IMG/VR virus record: IMGVR_UViG_3300005468_000007
Strand: one strand, 5' to 3'
Origin: a virus
Length of the DNA stretch: 43,451 nt
A program made the translations under genes and the position numbers. Position 1 is the stretch's first letter, and each line of letters begins with the position of its first letter. Below, piece after piece: positions 8,455 through 16,964 of the stretch. The notes under the pieces were generated by a model. It was not told the origin of the DNA. It saw only the letters and a program-made list of their open reading frames with translations, and ran no database searches.

Positions 8455-9369
8455 TCATGCGTAACTCGCGGTCGCGTTCACGACCTCGAACACCGACGAG
8501 CCCGTTGAGGCTGTGGTGGACTTCCAGTTCAGCTGGTGGCCGTGGCGCCGCTTGTTCATCAGCGGGTCAGGATCACCAGCGTCGTACTGCGCGTTTGAGG
8601 CGCTAAAGTAGAACTTGTACGGGTAGGAGCCCGTTACGAAGGTGTCCGATACCCATGAGGCGAGAAGGGCGAAGCCCGTCGAGTTGCGAAGGGCGTCGAC
8701 GTCATCTTGATCCAGCTGTCGCTTGGGGATAGTCCCCGAGACGACGATCGAGCCGACGTTATCCTTCTCGACCACATCTGCCCACTTCGACGCGGCTCCT
8801 AGCGAACGAACCGTGGCGACGGGGTTGTGGACGGAAAGGGTGAAATCCTCCGTGGTGCCCGTGCCCGAGAGGTTGGTGGGCAGGGTGAGGTTCGACCGCA
8901 TGAAGGGCCGAATCGACAGAGACTCGTAGGCCGGGGTCAGCGAGGGGTTCGACTGCCTCGAGAGATAGGCAGCCGGTCCCTGCGCGTGAACCTGGGCGCC
9001 GCCCTGGGTGGGCGTCGAGAGGTCTAGCTGCTGGACGGTCGCGCCCTTAGCCTTGAAATAGGTCGACTGGTCGCTGTACGCGATGTCAACCTGAGCGGTG
9101 AGGGGCGAGGCGCCGGAGGGACCAAAGGGAGCGGTCCAGCGGTGCCGGGTGGCGCCAGTGGGGACTGGGGTGCCGCCTTGGTCGGTGATAACGCCGTCGC
9201 CAGCCACCGATGTCGGGGCGCCGCAGGCGAGTTTCAGCAGGTAGGCCAGGGTATCGGGGTAGGCCCGGACCTTGACCTCCCAGGTTGGGTCGTAAGCCTC
9301 CGGAATGATCGCGAAGGGCTCGTCCTGGTTGCGAAGCTCGTCATCGCGGCTCAGGGGCAGCGTGCCCAT
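8455..9369 (-). CDS. Major tail (tube) protein; probably extends to about 9483
   Basis: 304-aa ORF upstream of the chaperones, rich in Thr/Ser/Gly/Ala beta-type sequence. The frame stays open and protein-like for 38 more codons upstream (IPNGYARLAYESIPGNEVNTPTLSTKLLFPPLQELGPK). Confidence 0.75.
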   Translation of the reverse strand: MGTLPLSRDDELRNQDEPFAIIPEAYDPTWEVKVRAYPDTLAYLLKLACGAPTSVAGDGVITDQGGTPVPTGATRHRWTAPFGPSGASPLTAQVDIAYSDQSTYFKAKGATVQQLDLSTPTQGGAQVHAQGPAAYLSRQSNPSLTPAYESLSIRPFMRSNLTLPTNLSGTGTTEDFTLSVHNPVATVRSLGAASKWADVVEKDNVGSIVVSGTIPKRQLDQDDVDALRNSTGFALLASWVSDTFVTGSYPYKFYFSASNAQYDAGDPDPLMNKRRHGHQLNWKSTTASTGSSVFEVVNATASYA

Positions 9370-9485
9370 CTTGGGGCCGAGCTCCTGAAGCGGCGGGAAC
9401 AGCAGTTTGGTTGAGAGCGTGGGGGTGTTTACCTCGTTGCCTGGGATGCTCTCGTAGGCAAGTCTGGCGTATCCGTTTGGAATGG

Positions 9486-9848
9486 CTACTGCCCTCCTTC
9501 GGGCTTGGCCTTGACGGCTGTCTGCTCGTCCTTGAACCGGGAGAGGTCATCCGCGGCGCGTCCATCCTTGCGTGCTTCCACAAGGGAGTTCTGCGAGTCC
9601 GCGATGTCCTGCTTGGCCTGCTCCTCGGCGCGGGTGACGTCGCTAGCGGCAATTTCCACCAGTTCGAGGACGTCCTTGCGCTCTTGGACGATCTTTTGGG
9701 CCTGCGCGAGGTCGGGGATCGCGTCTCCGGGTTGCCCCACGGGCGAGGGGAGATCGGGACGGACCTGACCGGGCACGCCGGCAAGTGTGTGTGGTGTGGG
9801 TGGGGCGCCGCCAAGTTTCAGGCGGATGCCCTGACGCTTCGGGGGCAA
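9486..9848 (-). CDS. Hypothetical acidic coiled-coil protein between tail terminator and tube
   Basis: 120-aa ORF with a TTG start preceded by AGGAGG (9853..9858 region). The composition is Glu/Lys/Asp-rich, unlike the overlapping shadow frames. Confidence 0.5.
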   Translation of the reverse strand: MPPKRQGIRLKLGGAPPTPHTLAGVPGQVRPDLPSPVGQPGDAIPDLAQAQKIVQERKDVLELVEIAASDVTRAEEQAKQDIADSQNSLVEARKDGRAADDLSRFKDEQTAVKAKPEGGQ

Positions 9849-9870
9849 GGGTGCCTCCTAGGGTTGAGGT

Positions 9871-10320
9871 TTAGATGAAGCTAAGAATCTCGACGCGGGT
9901 CGGGTAGACGATCAGTGGGCGCGCCTTACGCTCGTCGAGCGTGACCGGGCCGACCTCGATGACCTTCGTTTCCTGCACAACCCCTGCGGCAGCATTGCCG
10001 GGGCTGAGGGTGAGGGTCGGGTTGGCGTCGACGGCCTTGATCCACGATTCAACCGCCTCTGCGGCCTGCTCCTGGCCCTTGTCGGTGTCGGTGAAGTCGA
10101 AGTAGAAGACGACCGTCCATTCGGTGCGCCAGTCGTTTGAGCCGAGATGGTCCTCGGGGGCGTCGATGGGGGTGCGGCGAACGATGGGGAGCTCGACAAC
10201 CGCTGCGGGGCGTGTGTCGGTGTCGCGCAGAATCCACTTGTGGCTCGAGGTGACGCCGGACACCGAGCCAGCGACGTTCTTGAGGGCCTCTGCGATCGGA
10301 TCGAGGACGGTGCTAGTCAT
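9871..10320 (-). CDS. Tail terminator / tail completion-like protein
   Basis: 149-aa ORF placed between the HK97 gp10-like gene and the tube gene. The call is positional only. Confidence 0.4.
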   Translation of the reverse strand: MTSTVLDPIAEALKNVAGSVSGVTSSHKWILRDTDTRPAAVVELPIVRRTPIDAPEDHLGSNDWRTEWTVVFYFDFTDTDKGQEQAAEAVESWIKAVDANPTLTLSPGNAAAGVVQETKVIEVGPVTLDERKARPLIVYPTRVEILSFI

Positions 10321-10789
10321 GCAGCAGGCCGTCGAAGGCGTGGGTGATCTCCCGCGTCATCTCGACCTCAAGGTCGTCCCCCGTGGCGTCGATGGCCCTC
10401 TCGATGTACCGCTTGCCGGTGTAGTGGGCGGGATGCCCGCTGTGGCCGTCAGCACCTCTCCACACAACCGCCCTGGCTCCCCACGGGGTTGTCAGGGCCT
10501 TTTTGGACTTGGGCTGGATCGGGGTGCTAACCGTGCCGCCCCAATTGAGCAATCCGGCGATGCGGTCGTATTTGATCGGGCCTGTGGTGGTGACGTAGGC
10601 GCGGATGCCTAGGGCTCGCGCGGCAAAGTGTTCCTTGACGACGTGCGGTGCCAGCCCCCTGATCGCTGGAAGCCCTACGTGCTCTGCGGCGAGGGCCACC
10701 GCTCGCTTAGCGCGCACGTTGATTTCACGACGGGCAATGCGCGTTTCCGCGAGCGTCAGTCCTATGTCGCTTCTGACGGTCAGCCTCAT
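10313..10789 (-). CDS. HK97 gp10-like head-tail joining protein
   Basis: 158 aa. Position and general gp10-family look (..AEHVGLPAIRGLAPHVVKE...TPIQPKSKKALT..). NTGA overlap with the upstream gene. Confidence 0.45.
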   Translation of the reverse strand: MRLTVRSDIGLTLAETRIARREINVRAKRAVALAAEHVGLPAIRGLAPHVVKEHFAARALGIRAYVTTTGPIKYDRIAGLLNWGGTVSTPIQPKSKKALTTPWGARAVVWRGADGHSGHPAHYTGKRYIERAIDATGDDLEVEMTREITHAFDGLLHD

Positions 10790-11379
10790 ACGGACTGCCG
10801 CTTGTAGGGGGTGAGCATCGCCATCACCGAACCCGGGAGGCCCGTGGGCCGCTCCAGGTGTGGCTCGTCGGTCGTCAGAACCGACTCATAGGCCGTAACG
10901 TCCCGCCGCAGCCAGATTGCAACTGCGTGGATGCAGGCGTGCTCGACGTCGGTGGGAACGGACGGGAAGCCCCAATCCCCAGTGACCTCTACAAGGCGCT
11001 GGTTCCAGCGTGACCGAGAGTGGACGAGATAAGGCGCCAGGCGGATTGCCGTGTAGACGCCATTTGGTTTATGTGAGGGGTAAGGCCGATACTCGAAGGT
11101 GGTCAGGGTGGTCGGACTCGACTCGTCAACGTCGATCCGAAGCCGCGTGGCGTTCTGAAGGTCATAGGGGGCGATCGAGAGCCAACCGCCCCCGCGGTAT
11201 TCGAATGTCCGCGTGGCCGCCGTCGAGACCGGCGCAAACTCCCGGTCGGTGTAGTGCATGATGGCGTCCGAGGCGCGGGTAATGAAGGAGCCGATGATTG
11301 GATCCTGCCCGATGTCGCTGGTCGCTTTCTGGAGGAAGCTGCGAACGGCTCCGAGTGAGGTGAGGTCTTGGGCTGCCAC
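10786..11379 (-). CDS. Head-tail connector/adaptor (gp6-like)
   Basis: 197 aa. The N-terminus DLTSLGAVRSFLQKATSDIGQDPIIGSFITRASDAIMHYTDREF resembles gp6-like connector proteins. It lies downstream of the capsid block. Confidence 0.5.
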   Translation of the reverse strand: MAAQDLTSLGAVRSFLQKATSDIGQDPIIGSFITRASDAIMHYTDREFAPVSTAATRTFEYRGGGWLSIAPYDLQNATRLRIDVDESSPTTLTTFEYRPYPSHKPNGVYTAIRLAPYLVHSRSRWNQRLVEVTGDWGFPSVPTDVEHACIHAVAIWLRRDVTAYESVLTTDEPHLERPTGLPGSVMAMLTPYKRQSV

Positions 11380-11520
11380 CTAGAGCTTGACCGCCCGCGC
11401 CCGGGGCGGCACGGCGCCGAGGCGCCTCAACTCAGCCTGGGTCTCCTTCGCGCGATCGGTGTCGCCGCGCTTCAGGTAGTAGTCCCGTGTTCGGATCAAC
11501 TCTTTGATCGTGTTGGTCAA
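11380..11520 (-). CDS. Small hypothetical protein (46 aa), missing from the ORF track
   Basis: Hand translation: TTG 11518..11520 after AGGAGA gives MTNTIKELIRTRDYYLKRGDTDRAKETQAELRRLGAVPPRARAVKL. The TAG at 11380..11382 abuts the GTG of the connector gene. Confidence 0.45.
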   Translation of the reverse strand: MTNTIKELIRTRDYYLKRGDTDRAKETQAELRRLGAVPPRARAVKL

Positions 11521-11540
11521 GGTTCTCCTGAGTTTGTTTC

Positions 11541-11563
11541 CCCTGCGCGGCGCCCCCGCAGGG
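11541..11563 (-). other. GC-rich hairpin after the HNH gene (7-bp stem CCCTGCG/CGCAGGG, 9-nt loop)
   Basis: Inverted repeat read directly. No U-tract follows on either strand, so its function is uncertain. Confidence 0.25.
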
Positions 11564-11619
11564 AGAGGACGAGGACGCCGCTGCGGAGGGGAAGTTCCTC
11601 TAGGCGTTGAGCCTAGAAG

Positions 11620-12072
11620 TCATTTGACAACACCTATTCCGGTGTTGCGCTGGACGATGAAGACGTTTTGTGGTTCCTTGGCGGTGCGGAGGACGTTCCA
11701 TTCGGGGCTGGGCAGGGAATGGATGCCCTCCTGGCCGCGGTGGTGAAGTGCGCAGAGCGGCTCGAGGTTGCCTGGCCCCTCGACATACCGCTTGAACTCC
11801 TCCTCGCTCATGGCGAGGTGAATGCCCCAAACGCGCTCGAACTTCTCAACGTCAATGTCATTCGTATGGGCGAACTCGATCTTGTCGTGGTGGAGCTCGA
11901 TCTGGCCCTTGTGGTAGCTGGACTCCACGTTGCATTTGAGGAGGCCTTGCTCCTTCATGCGGGCGCGCGTCTTGCGGAAGATCTTGTAGTTGGGGTCACC
12001 CTCGCGCGGTTCGTGGTCGGGCCACCGCTCGATGAATCTGATGTTGATTTCGGCTTCGTGTGCTTGTGTCAT
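11620..12072 (-). CDS. HNH-like endonuclease
   Basis: 150 aa with motifs IELHHDKIEFAH ... NLEPLCALHHRGQEGIH. Visibly more A/T-rich codons than its neighbours. ATGA overlap with the upstream HNH gene. Confidence 0.55.
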   Translation of the reverse strand: MTQAHEAEINIRFIERWPDHEPREGDPNYKIFRKTRARMKEQGLLKCNVESSYHKGQIELHHDKIEFAHTNDIDVEKFERVWGIHLAMSEEEFKRYVEGPGNLEPLCALHHRGQEGIHSLPSPEWNVLRTAKEPQNVFIVQRNTGIGVVK

Positions 12073-12668
12073 GGCTGTGAAGCGCGTTTGCTGAGGTTGC
12101 AGCGAGAGTGCGCCACGCGGAGGTTGTCAGGGTGGTGAGTTCCGCCGAGTGCCAGCGGCAGAACGTGGTCTAGATGAATATCGCCCGGCTCGACCTCCCC
12201 GCCGCAAATATGGCAAACATGCCCATCGCGTTCGATGATTTCAGCGCGAGCGATGTACGGTGCTGAGGGGTCGCCAGTCTTGATCCGCGCCTTGCGGGTT
12301 GCATTGTGGGCGGCGGAATTGCATCGGTCAGAGCAGAACGTGGCGTCTATTCGCATTGCTCGGTGCAGCGATTTGCCGCATTGGGGGCAGAACCGTTTGG
12401 GCTTCATCGCGGCCCGCTTTGCTCTCACGGCCAGGTTCTTTGCGAAATCCTTGCAGCCGCGCGAACAATAGACATGCGGTTCGGCTGCCCTGCGTTGTGT
12501 AACGCGAAGCATCAGGCCACAGCCATCACATTCGCGACTCACTACCGGCCCGCACGCAGCGAGCCGGTAGCAAGCGCGACACCATTGTCCTCTGCGAGCC
12601 GCCCTTGAAGGCGGAAACTCGCTTAGTGACTTTGACTCGCCACAATGAGAACAACGGTAAGACGCCAA
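12069..12668 (-). CDS. HNH endonuclease with N-terminal multi-CxxC zinc-finger region
   Basis: 199 aa. C-terminal CHICGG...HLDHVLPLALGGTHHPDNLRVAHSRCNLSK, with four or more CxxC pairs N-terminally. Confidence 0.85.
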   Translation of the reverse strand: MASYRCSHCGESKSLSEFPPSRAARRGQWCRACYRLAACGPVVSRECDGCGLMLRVTQRRAAEPHVYCSRGCKDFAKNLAVRAKRAAMKPKRFCPQCGKSLHRAMRIDATFCSDRCNSAAHNATRKARIKTGDPSAPYIARAEIIERDGHVCHICGGEVEPGDIHLDHVLPLALGGTHHPDNLRVAHSRCNLSKRASQP

Positions 12669-12673
12669 CTAAC

Positions 12674-14020
12674 TCAGAAAGATGGCGTGCTGAGGCCGGT
12701 TCCCGAGATGACGGAAATGGCCTTTGGGCGACGAGCGTGCAGCTGTCCCCAGTAATTGTGGAGCCTAAACCGAACGGTCAGGGTTCCAGAACCGACATCC
12801 CGAAATGTCTCAAGGAAGGGACCGGCTGTCTCCTCCCAGAGGTAGAGCTCGGGCACCGCAGCAACGATGATCTGATCCTCGTTGGTGCCAGCGCCGTTGG
12901 TCGTCGGAATGTTTGAATCGGTGATGACCGGAAGCCCCTGGATGGTGCCTACCGGTCCCTGCGAGACAACGCCCTGCTGCGTACCAGCAACGTCAAGCGG
13001 TTGCTGTGCGGCCGGGACGATCAAGGGCCTGCTGTTGCCGTCCGAGGAGGCGAGGCAGAAGCCCCAGCGCCGCGGGTGCATGAAGATGGCCGTCGGCGGT
13101 GTGAAGATCCCCGTGTGGATCTGCTGGATCGCGTTCGCGATCTTTGGATACAGTTCAGGGAGCGTGGGGGTGGAATCCGTGTAGGTAACGGTGTTGATGC
13201 CCGAAACCTGGAGGATGCCCTTGTTGTTGGTCGTGGTGCTCGAGAGCACAGACACGTCGAGGTTCACGGCCAGGGCCTTGGCGAGGTCCGCAAAGATGAC
13301 CTCATCCACGCCCGGAACCGAACGGTCGACGAGTTGCTGCGAGACGTCCTGCATACCCGCAACCGTCTTTACGTCGACCGCCAGGGTGTTGAACGTCGCG
13401 TCCGTCTTCTGCACCGCTCCACCGTCAGCCTGTGTGGCGACTGCGGTTCCACCGTCCATCGTCGGAATGTTCAAGCTGTCCGTGTTGGGCGGTAGTGCGC
13501 GAGAGCCGATCGCGTTTGCGGTCGGGCGTCCTGCGCGGGCGAGGGTGACAAACTCCTCCTGCAGGAACAGCGGAGCCACAAGGTAGCCACCGGCTGAGTC
13601 CGTCGAGGAGAGATCGAACTCGCTGCGCTCGCGCATCTCGGCCTGGTGGCGTTCGAGGCGATCTATGGCGGTTCGATCGTTGTGCTTCTCCGCTCGGTAC
13701 ATGTCGCGGAAGATGCTGTTGCCGTTCTCTCGCGTATATGTGAGCGGTTCGGTGGTGACCCGCGCCGATCCCGAGGGTGAATCGGGGACGGAAACGCTGC
13801 GGGCCTCCTGCGTGCGCTCTAGGAGCGTCAGCTTGTCGCGGAGCTCGGTTGCGTTCTGCTCACAGCCGTCGAAGGTCGCCTGGAGATCCTCAAAGGAAAC
13901 GGCCTCTTCGCCGTCCTCGGGGGTTGCCTCCGGGTCGAACTCCTCAATGGCATCAGCAGCCGCATGAAGCTCCTCGACCGAGCGCTGATACTCCTCGCGC
14001 ACGGACTCAAGGGAGTCCAT
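12674..14020 (-). CDS. Major capsid protein, HK97 family, with N-terminal delta/scaffold-like domain
   Basis: 448 aa directly after the prohead protease. An acidic coiled-coil N-terminus is followed by an HK97-like body (..DSAGGYLVAPLFLQEEFVTLARAG..). Confidence 0.85.
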   Translation of the reverse strand: MDSLESVREEYQRSVEELHAAADAIEEFDPEATPEDGEEAVSFEDLQATFDGCEQNATELRDKLTLLERTQEARSVSVPDSPSGSARVTTEPLTYTRENGNSIFRDMYRAEKHNDRTAIDRLERHQAEMRERSEFDLSSTDSAGGYLVAPLFLQEEFVTLARAGRPTANAIGSRALPPNTDSLNIPTMDGGTAVATQADGGAVQKTDATFNTLAVDVKTVAGMQDVSQQLVDRSVPGVDEVIFADLAKALAVNLDVSVLSSTTTNNKGILQVSGINTVTYTDSTPTLPELYPKIANAIQQIHTGIFTPPTAIFMHPRRWGFCLASSDGNSRPLIVPAAQQPLDVAGTQQGVVSQGPVGTIQGLPVITDSNIPTTNGAGTNEDQIIVAAVPELYLWEETAGPFLETFRDVGSGTLTVRFRLHNYWGQLHARRPKAISVISGTGLSTPSF

Positions 14021-14032
14021 ATGTGCTTGTCC

Positions 14033-14731
14033 TTACTTTGAGTGCTGGAACGTCGCCAGGCGCGCCCTTACGGCGGCTTTGGCGGCAATCCGGTCATCCA
14101 CCGGGGGTTCCGGTGCGACTTCCTCCTCGTCCTTCCCGTCGGAAGCGGCGAGGTCAGCGTCCTCCTGCGGAGCGGCGCTGTCGGCCCGTCCGTGGACGCG
14201 ACCGGCCTCGATTGCCGAGGCAAGATCTGCTGCGAGGCGTGCGTCGGTCTGCGCGAAGGCTCCCTGGGCGCAAACCGTCACGTCGTAGAGTGCTGAGACT
14301 TCGTTGATCGTTCGCGTGATCTCCTCGTCGGTCTCGGTCCAGGTGTCCGAACCGATGTCGCAGGCGAAGGACATCTGGTCGATGTCACCTCGCTCCATGA
14401 GGAGCGTGAGGTCTTTCGCGTAGGAGGTCTCAGCGAGGCGAGCCCATACGTGGAGCCCATAGGGGTCTTCTCGCAGTTCAAGTGTGTTGTTCTTCGTCCG
14501 GGCGAGCGTCAGGCTGGTGTCGTGATCCATGACCAGATGAACGTCCGGATCTTGGTCGAGGACGTTTGAGAAGGCGCCGGGGGAGATCTCCACGCGATAG
14601 CCGCCGAGGTCATGGGACTTCCGGTTGAAAACGGCGGCATGGCCGCGGAGGATTCGCCCGCCACCCTCTGCGCCCGATTGGGCGAATTGCTCAACCTGGA
14701 GTGGGAAGGTGAAATGGACGGGGGTGGTCAT
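14033..14731 (-). CDS. Prohead maturation protease, HK97 (S78/U35) family
   Basis: 232 aa with motifs GHAAVFNRKSHDLGGYRVEISPGAF and HLVMDHD. Confidence 0.85.
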   Translation of the reverse strand: MTTPVHFTFPLQVEQFAQSGAEGGGRILRGHAAVFNRKSHDLGGYRVEISPGAFSNVLDQDPDVHLVMDHDTSLTLARTKNNTLELREDPYGLHVWARLAETSYAKDLTLLMERGDIDQMSFACDIGSDTWTETDEEITRTINEVSALYDVTVCAQGAFAQTDARLAADLASAIEAGRVHGRADSAAPQEDADLAASDGKDEEEVAPEPPVDDRIAAKAAVRARLATFQHSK

Positions 14732-14751
14732 AAGTCTCCTAAGGGTTAGGT

Positions 14752-15099
14752 TTACGCCGCGTCGAGGGACGGCTCGATGACGACCTGCACCGTGCCATCG
14801 TTGGGGACGGTTTCGATTTCATGCGGCGTTGTGGAGGTATCCCAGACGATCTCGATCTCAGCCTGGTAGGTGCCAGCGATTGCGGTGTCGCCCGCGGCCC
14901 ATTTGTATTGCCAGTTCATGCCATCGGCGTCGGGCGGGTTTATCACCGTGCAGGCTCCTGTAATCAGCGTCGCACCGCTTTTCAGAAAAATCGTCACGCT
15001 GACGGCGTTTTGGAGCGGCATGGGGCCGTGCTCGTCGCTGGCATTACCCCGCAGCAACGGCCATGTGTCGCCCTGCTTGATTATCAACACAGCGGCCAA
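14752..15099 (-). CDS. Ig-like (BppU-N-like) domain protein
   Basis: 115 aa. The N-terminal IIKQGDTWP motif and all-beta pattern are typical of BppU-N / phage Ig-like domains. The start abuts the stop of the upstream gene. Confidence 0.4.
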   Translation of the reverse strand: MAAVLIIKQGDTWPLLRGNASDEHGPMPLQNAVSVTIFLKSGATLITGACTVINPPDADGMNWQYKWAAGDTAIAGTYQAEIEIVWDTSTTPHEIETVPNDGTVQVVIEPSLDAA

Positions 15100-15843
15100 C
15101 TACTGGCTCCCGTCCAAAACGAGTGCAGCCTTGTGGTCGGGAAGGGTGAGGCTAGCCGGGTTCGGACTCAAAGTGCTCTGGCTCCTATGGACATAGATCT
15201 GAAGGGTCGTGTCGTGTAGCGCAAAGACCGTCAGCATCGTGGGCAAGCCACCGACCAGGATCGTGAAGAACCCCAGGAACGTGCTGCTCTGCCCGTGGCT
15301 TGCGGCTAAGCCCACATAGGTAGGAGCGGTGACAAAAATGCTTGTGATGCTCTGGCCGGCGCTCGGTGCCAAGCCGATGTAGGTCTGGGCGGTAAGGAGG
15401 GCCGAGGTCGTCGAGACGCCCGTCGATTGCGCCAACGCAATCCGGGTGGCAGCCGTCATCGCAAACGAAGTCGTGCTCACCCCGGCCGACTTCGCCAACG
15501 GAATCTGAGTCGCCGCAGTCAGCGCCAGCAACACCGTAGAGGATGCACCCGCCGAGGGGCTAAGGGCGATCTGCGTCGGGGCGTTCACCTTCAGCGAGGT
15601 TGCCCCCGCTCCGTTCGAAGCCTGCAAGGCAATCTGCGTCGCGGCGCTGACTGTGAGCGAGTCCGTCGCAGCGCCGGCCGAAGCAGCGAGTGGGATCTGG
15701 GTCGCAGCGGTCAGCTTGAGCGAGGCTGTCGATACACCGTTCGCCGTGCCCGAGATCTGCGCCGGTGTGATTACCGGCACGTCGGTCAGCTGGACGTTGC
15801 TCAGCTCCGAACTGGAAGTTGCTAATTGACCTAAGCGAGCCAT
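15100..15843 (-). CDS. Fibre-like protein with about 8 tandem 21-residue Thr/Ala/Ser-rich repeats
   Basis: 247 aa. Repeats of the form TAATQI(P/A)LA.S.G...TS.... Confidence 0.6.
   Translation of the reverse strand: MARLGQLATSSSELSNVQLTDVPVITPAQISGTANGVSTASLKLTAATQIPLAASAGAATDSLTVSAATQIALQASNGAGATSLKVNAPTQIALSPSAGASSTVLLALTAATQIPLAKSAGVSTTSFAMTAATRIALAQSTGVSTTSALLTAQTYIGLAPSAGQSITSIFVTAPTYVGLAASHGQSSTFLGFFTILVGGLPTMLTVFALHDTTLQIYVHRSQSTLSPNPASLTLPDHKAALVLDGSQ
15271..15774 (-). repeat. Coding tandem repeat, about 63-nt (21-aa) period, about 8 copies
   Basis: Protein-level periodicity read from the ORF translation (aa 24-191). The DNA copies are diverged. Confidence 0.7.
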
Positions 15844-16952
15844 CAGCCTTGCACGGTTCCGGTCATGCCGATAGAGAGCGAGTTTCCACCGAAGGTTCCC
15901 CCGGTCGATCCGAACTCCAGCCAGACGAGCGTGTGGCGACCAGCGACGGGAGTGTCTCGATAGAAGGCGACCATCGTGCTCCCGTTGGCGGGTTGAGAAG
16001 CTGTGGCCGAAGTGGACGGACTGGTCGTCGAGTCGAGGCCGATGCCGAGGCTGGCGCCGTTCACGGTGACAGTGAAGTTCACCGCCACCTGTGCCTCAAT
16101 AAGAGACTCTGCCACGCCCTGCACGAAGTCGAGCTGCATGGTCGTGTCAGCATTGGCCTGCCTCCACGACGCGGTGGCATAAGTCCATGTCGTCGTAACC
16201 AGCTTCCGCATCGGGCGGGGCACCCGGTTGTAGTAGTTCCACACGAACCGCTTCGCCGCAGAGTCCTCCGTCGTCGTGGTAGCGGTCGTGCGGAACGTTC
16301 CCAGGTAGCGCCGGGTAAGCGCCCCCGTCTTGCACAACACCCCGTCCTGCTTGACAAGTGCGGTCGCCCGGGTTGTGTCGTCGGTCCAGACCAGCGCCTC
16401 CAGGGTCAGCGTCCCGGCGTTGTTGTAGAGGAACACGTCGTAGTTCTTGCCCGAAGTCAGCGTGCCCAGTGCCAGGCTTATCTCGGTCAGAACGTAGTTC
16501 GCCCACTGCGACCCGTCGTAGAGTGCGACAAGGTTGCCTGCGTAGGGTGTGAAGTAGATGGTCGTGGCGCCCGTCACGTCGGCAGTCGTCACCGGCGTGC
16601 CCGAGGTCAGCGTCAGCCGCCCGTTGCACAGCATCGGCTCTGCGAGCGCCTGCGCCATCGCCCCGGCAGTGAGGACGTGGTAGATGTTCGTGCCGTTTGT
16701 GTGCGTCGCGGCAACCGAACTCTCCGCGCCCCGCACCACCGTCCAACTCGTCCCGCTCGCCCCCGCGGTGACGATCATGATCTCTGAGTCGATGACGATG
16801 CGAAACTGCCCTGATGCCTGAAGCGCAGTCGGCGCAGCGGCCGAGGTCGTGATCGTCGTCCCGGTCGTATCTGAGACAGCCGCGCCGAGGGTCGTCAGCG
16901 ACGAGGCTGTCCCGGGCGTCGAGGGGTTCGCGAATAGCTCAGGAAGGGCCAC
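15843..16952 (-). CDS. Tail-fibre / minor-tail-like protein located in the head module
   Basis: 369 aa. The N-terminal segment FRIVIDSEIMIVTAGASGTSWTVVRGAESSVAATHTNGTNIYHV resembles a motif common at the N-termini of phage fibre and minor tail proteins. Confidence 0.5.
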   Translation of the reverse strand: MALPELFANPSTPGTASSLTTLGAAVSDTTGTTITTSAAAPTALQASGQFRIVIDSEIMIVTAGASGTSWTVVRGAESSVAATHTNGTNIYHVLTAGAMAQALAEPMLCNGRLTLTSGTPVTTADVTGATTIYFTPYAGNLVALYDGSQWANYVLTEISLALGTLTSGKNYDVFLYNNAGTLTLEALVWTDDTTRATALVKQDGVLCKTGALTRRYLGTFRTTATTTTEDSAAKRFVWNYYNRVPRPMRKLVTTTWTYATASWRQANADTTMQLDFVQGVAESLIEAQVAVNFTVTVNGASLGIGLDSTTSPSTSATASQPANGSTMVAFYRDTPVAGRHTLVWLEFGSTGGTFGGNSLSIGMTGTVQG

Positions 16953-16964
16953 TAGCCCGTCCCC

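Noticed and set aside
9341-9814. A 157-aa minus-strand ORF overlapping the 9486..9848 gene and the tube start.
   Set aside because: The sequence is extremely Pro/Arg/Ser-rich with no ribosome-binding site. The alternative frames give protein-like sequence.
15819-16787. Long plus-strand ORFs antisense to minus-strand genes. Examples are 15819..16787 (322 aa), 28580..29569 (329 aa), 17575..18243 (222 aa) and 6556..7089.
   Set aside because: They are Arg/Pro/Gly/Ser-rich shadow frames typical of GC-rich DNA. They fully overlap minus-strand genes that have recognisable motifs, and they have no Shine-Dalgarno or coupling context.
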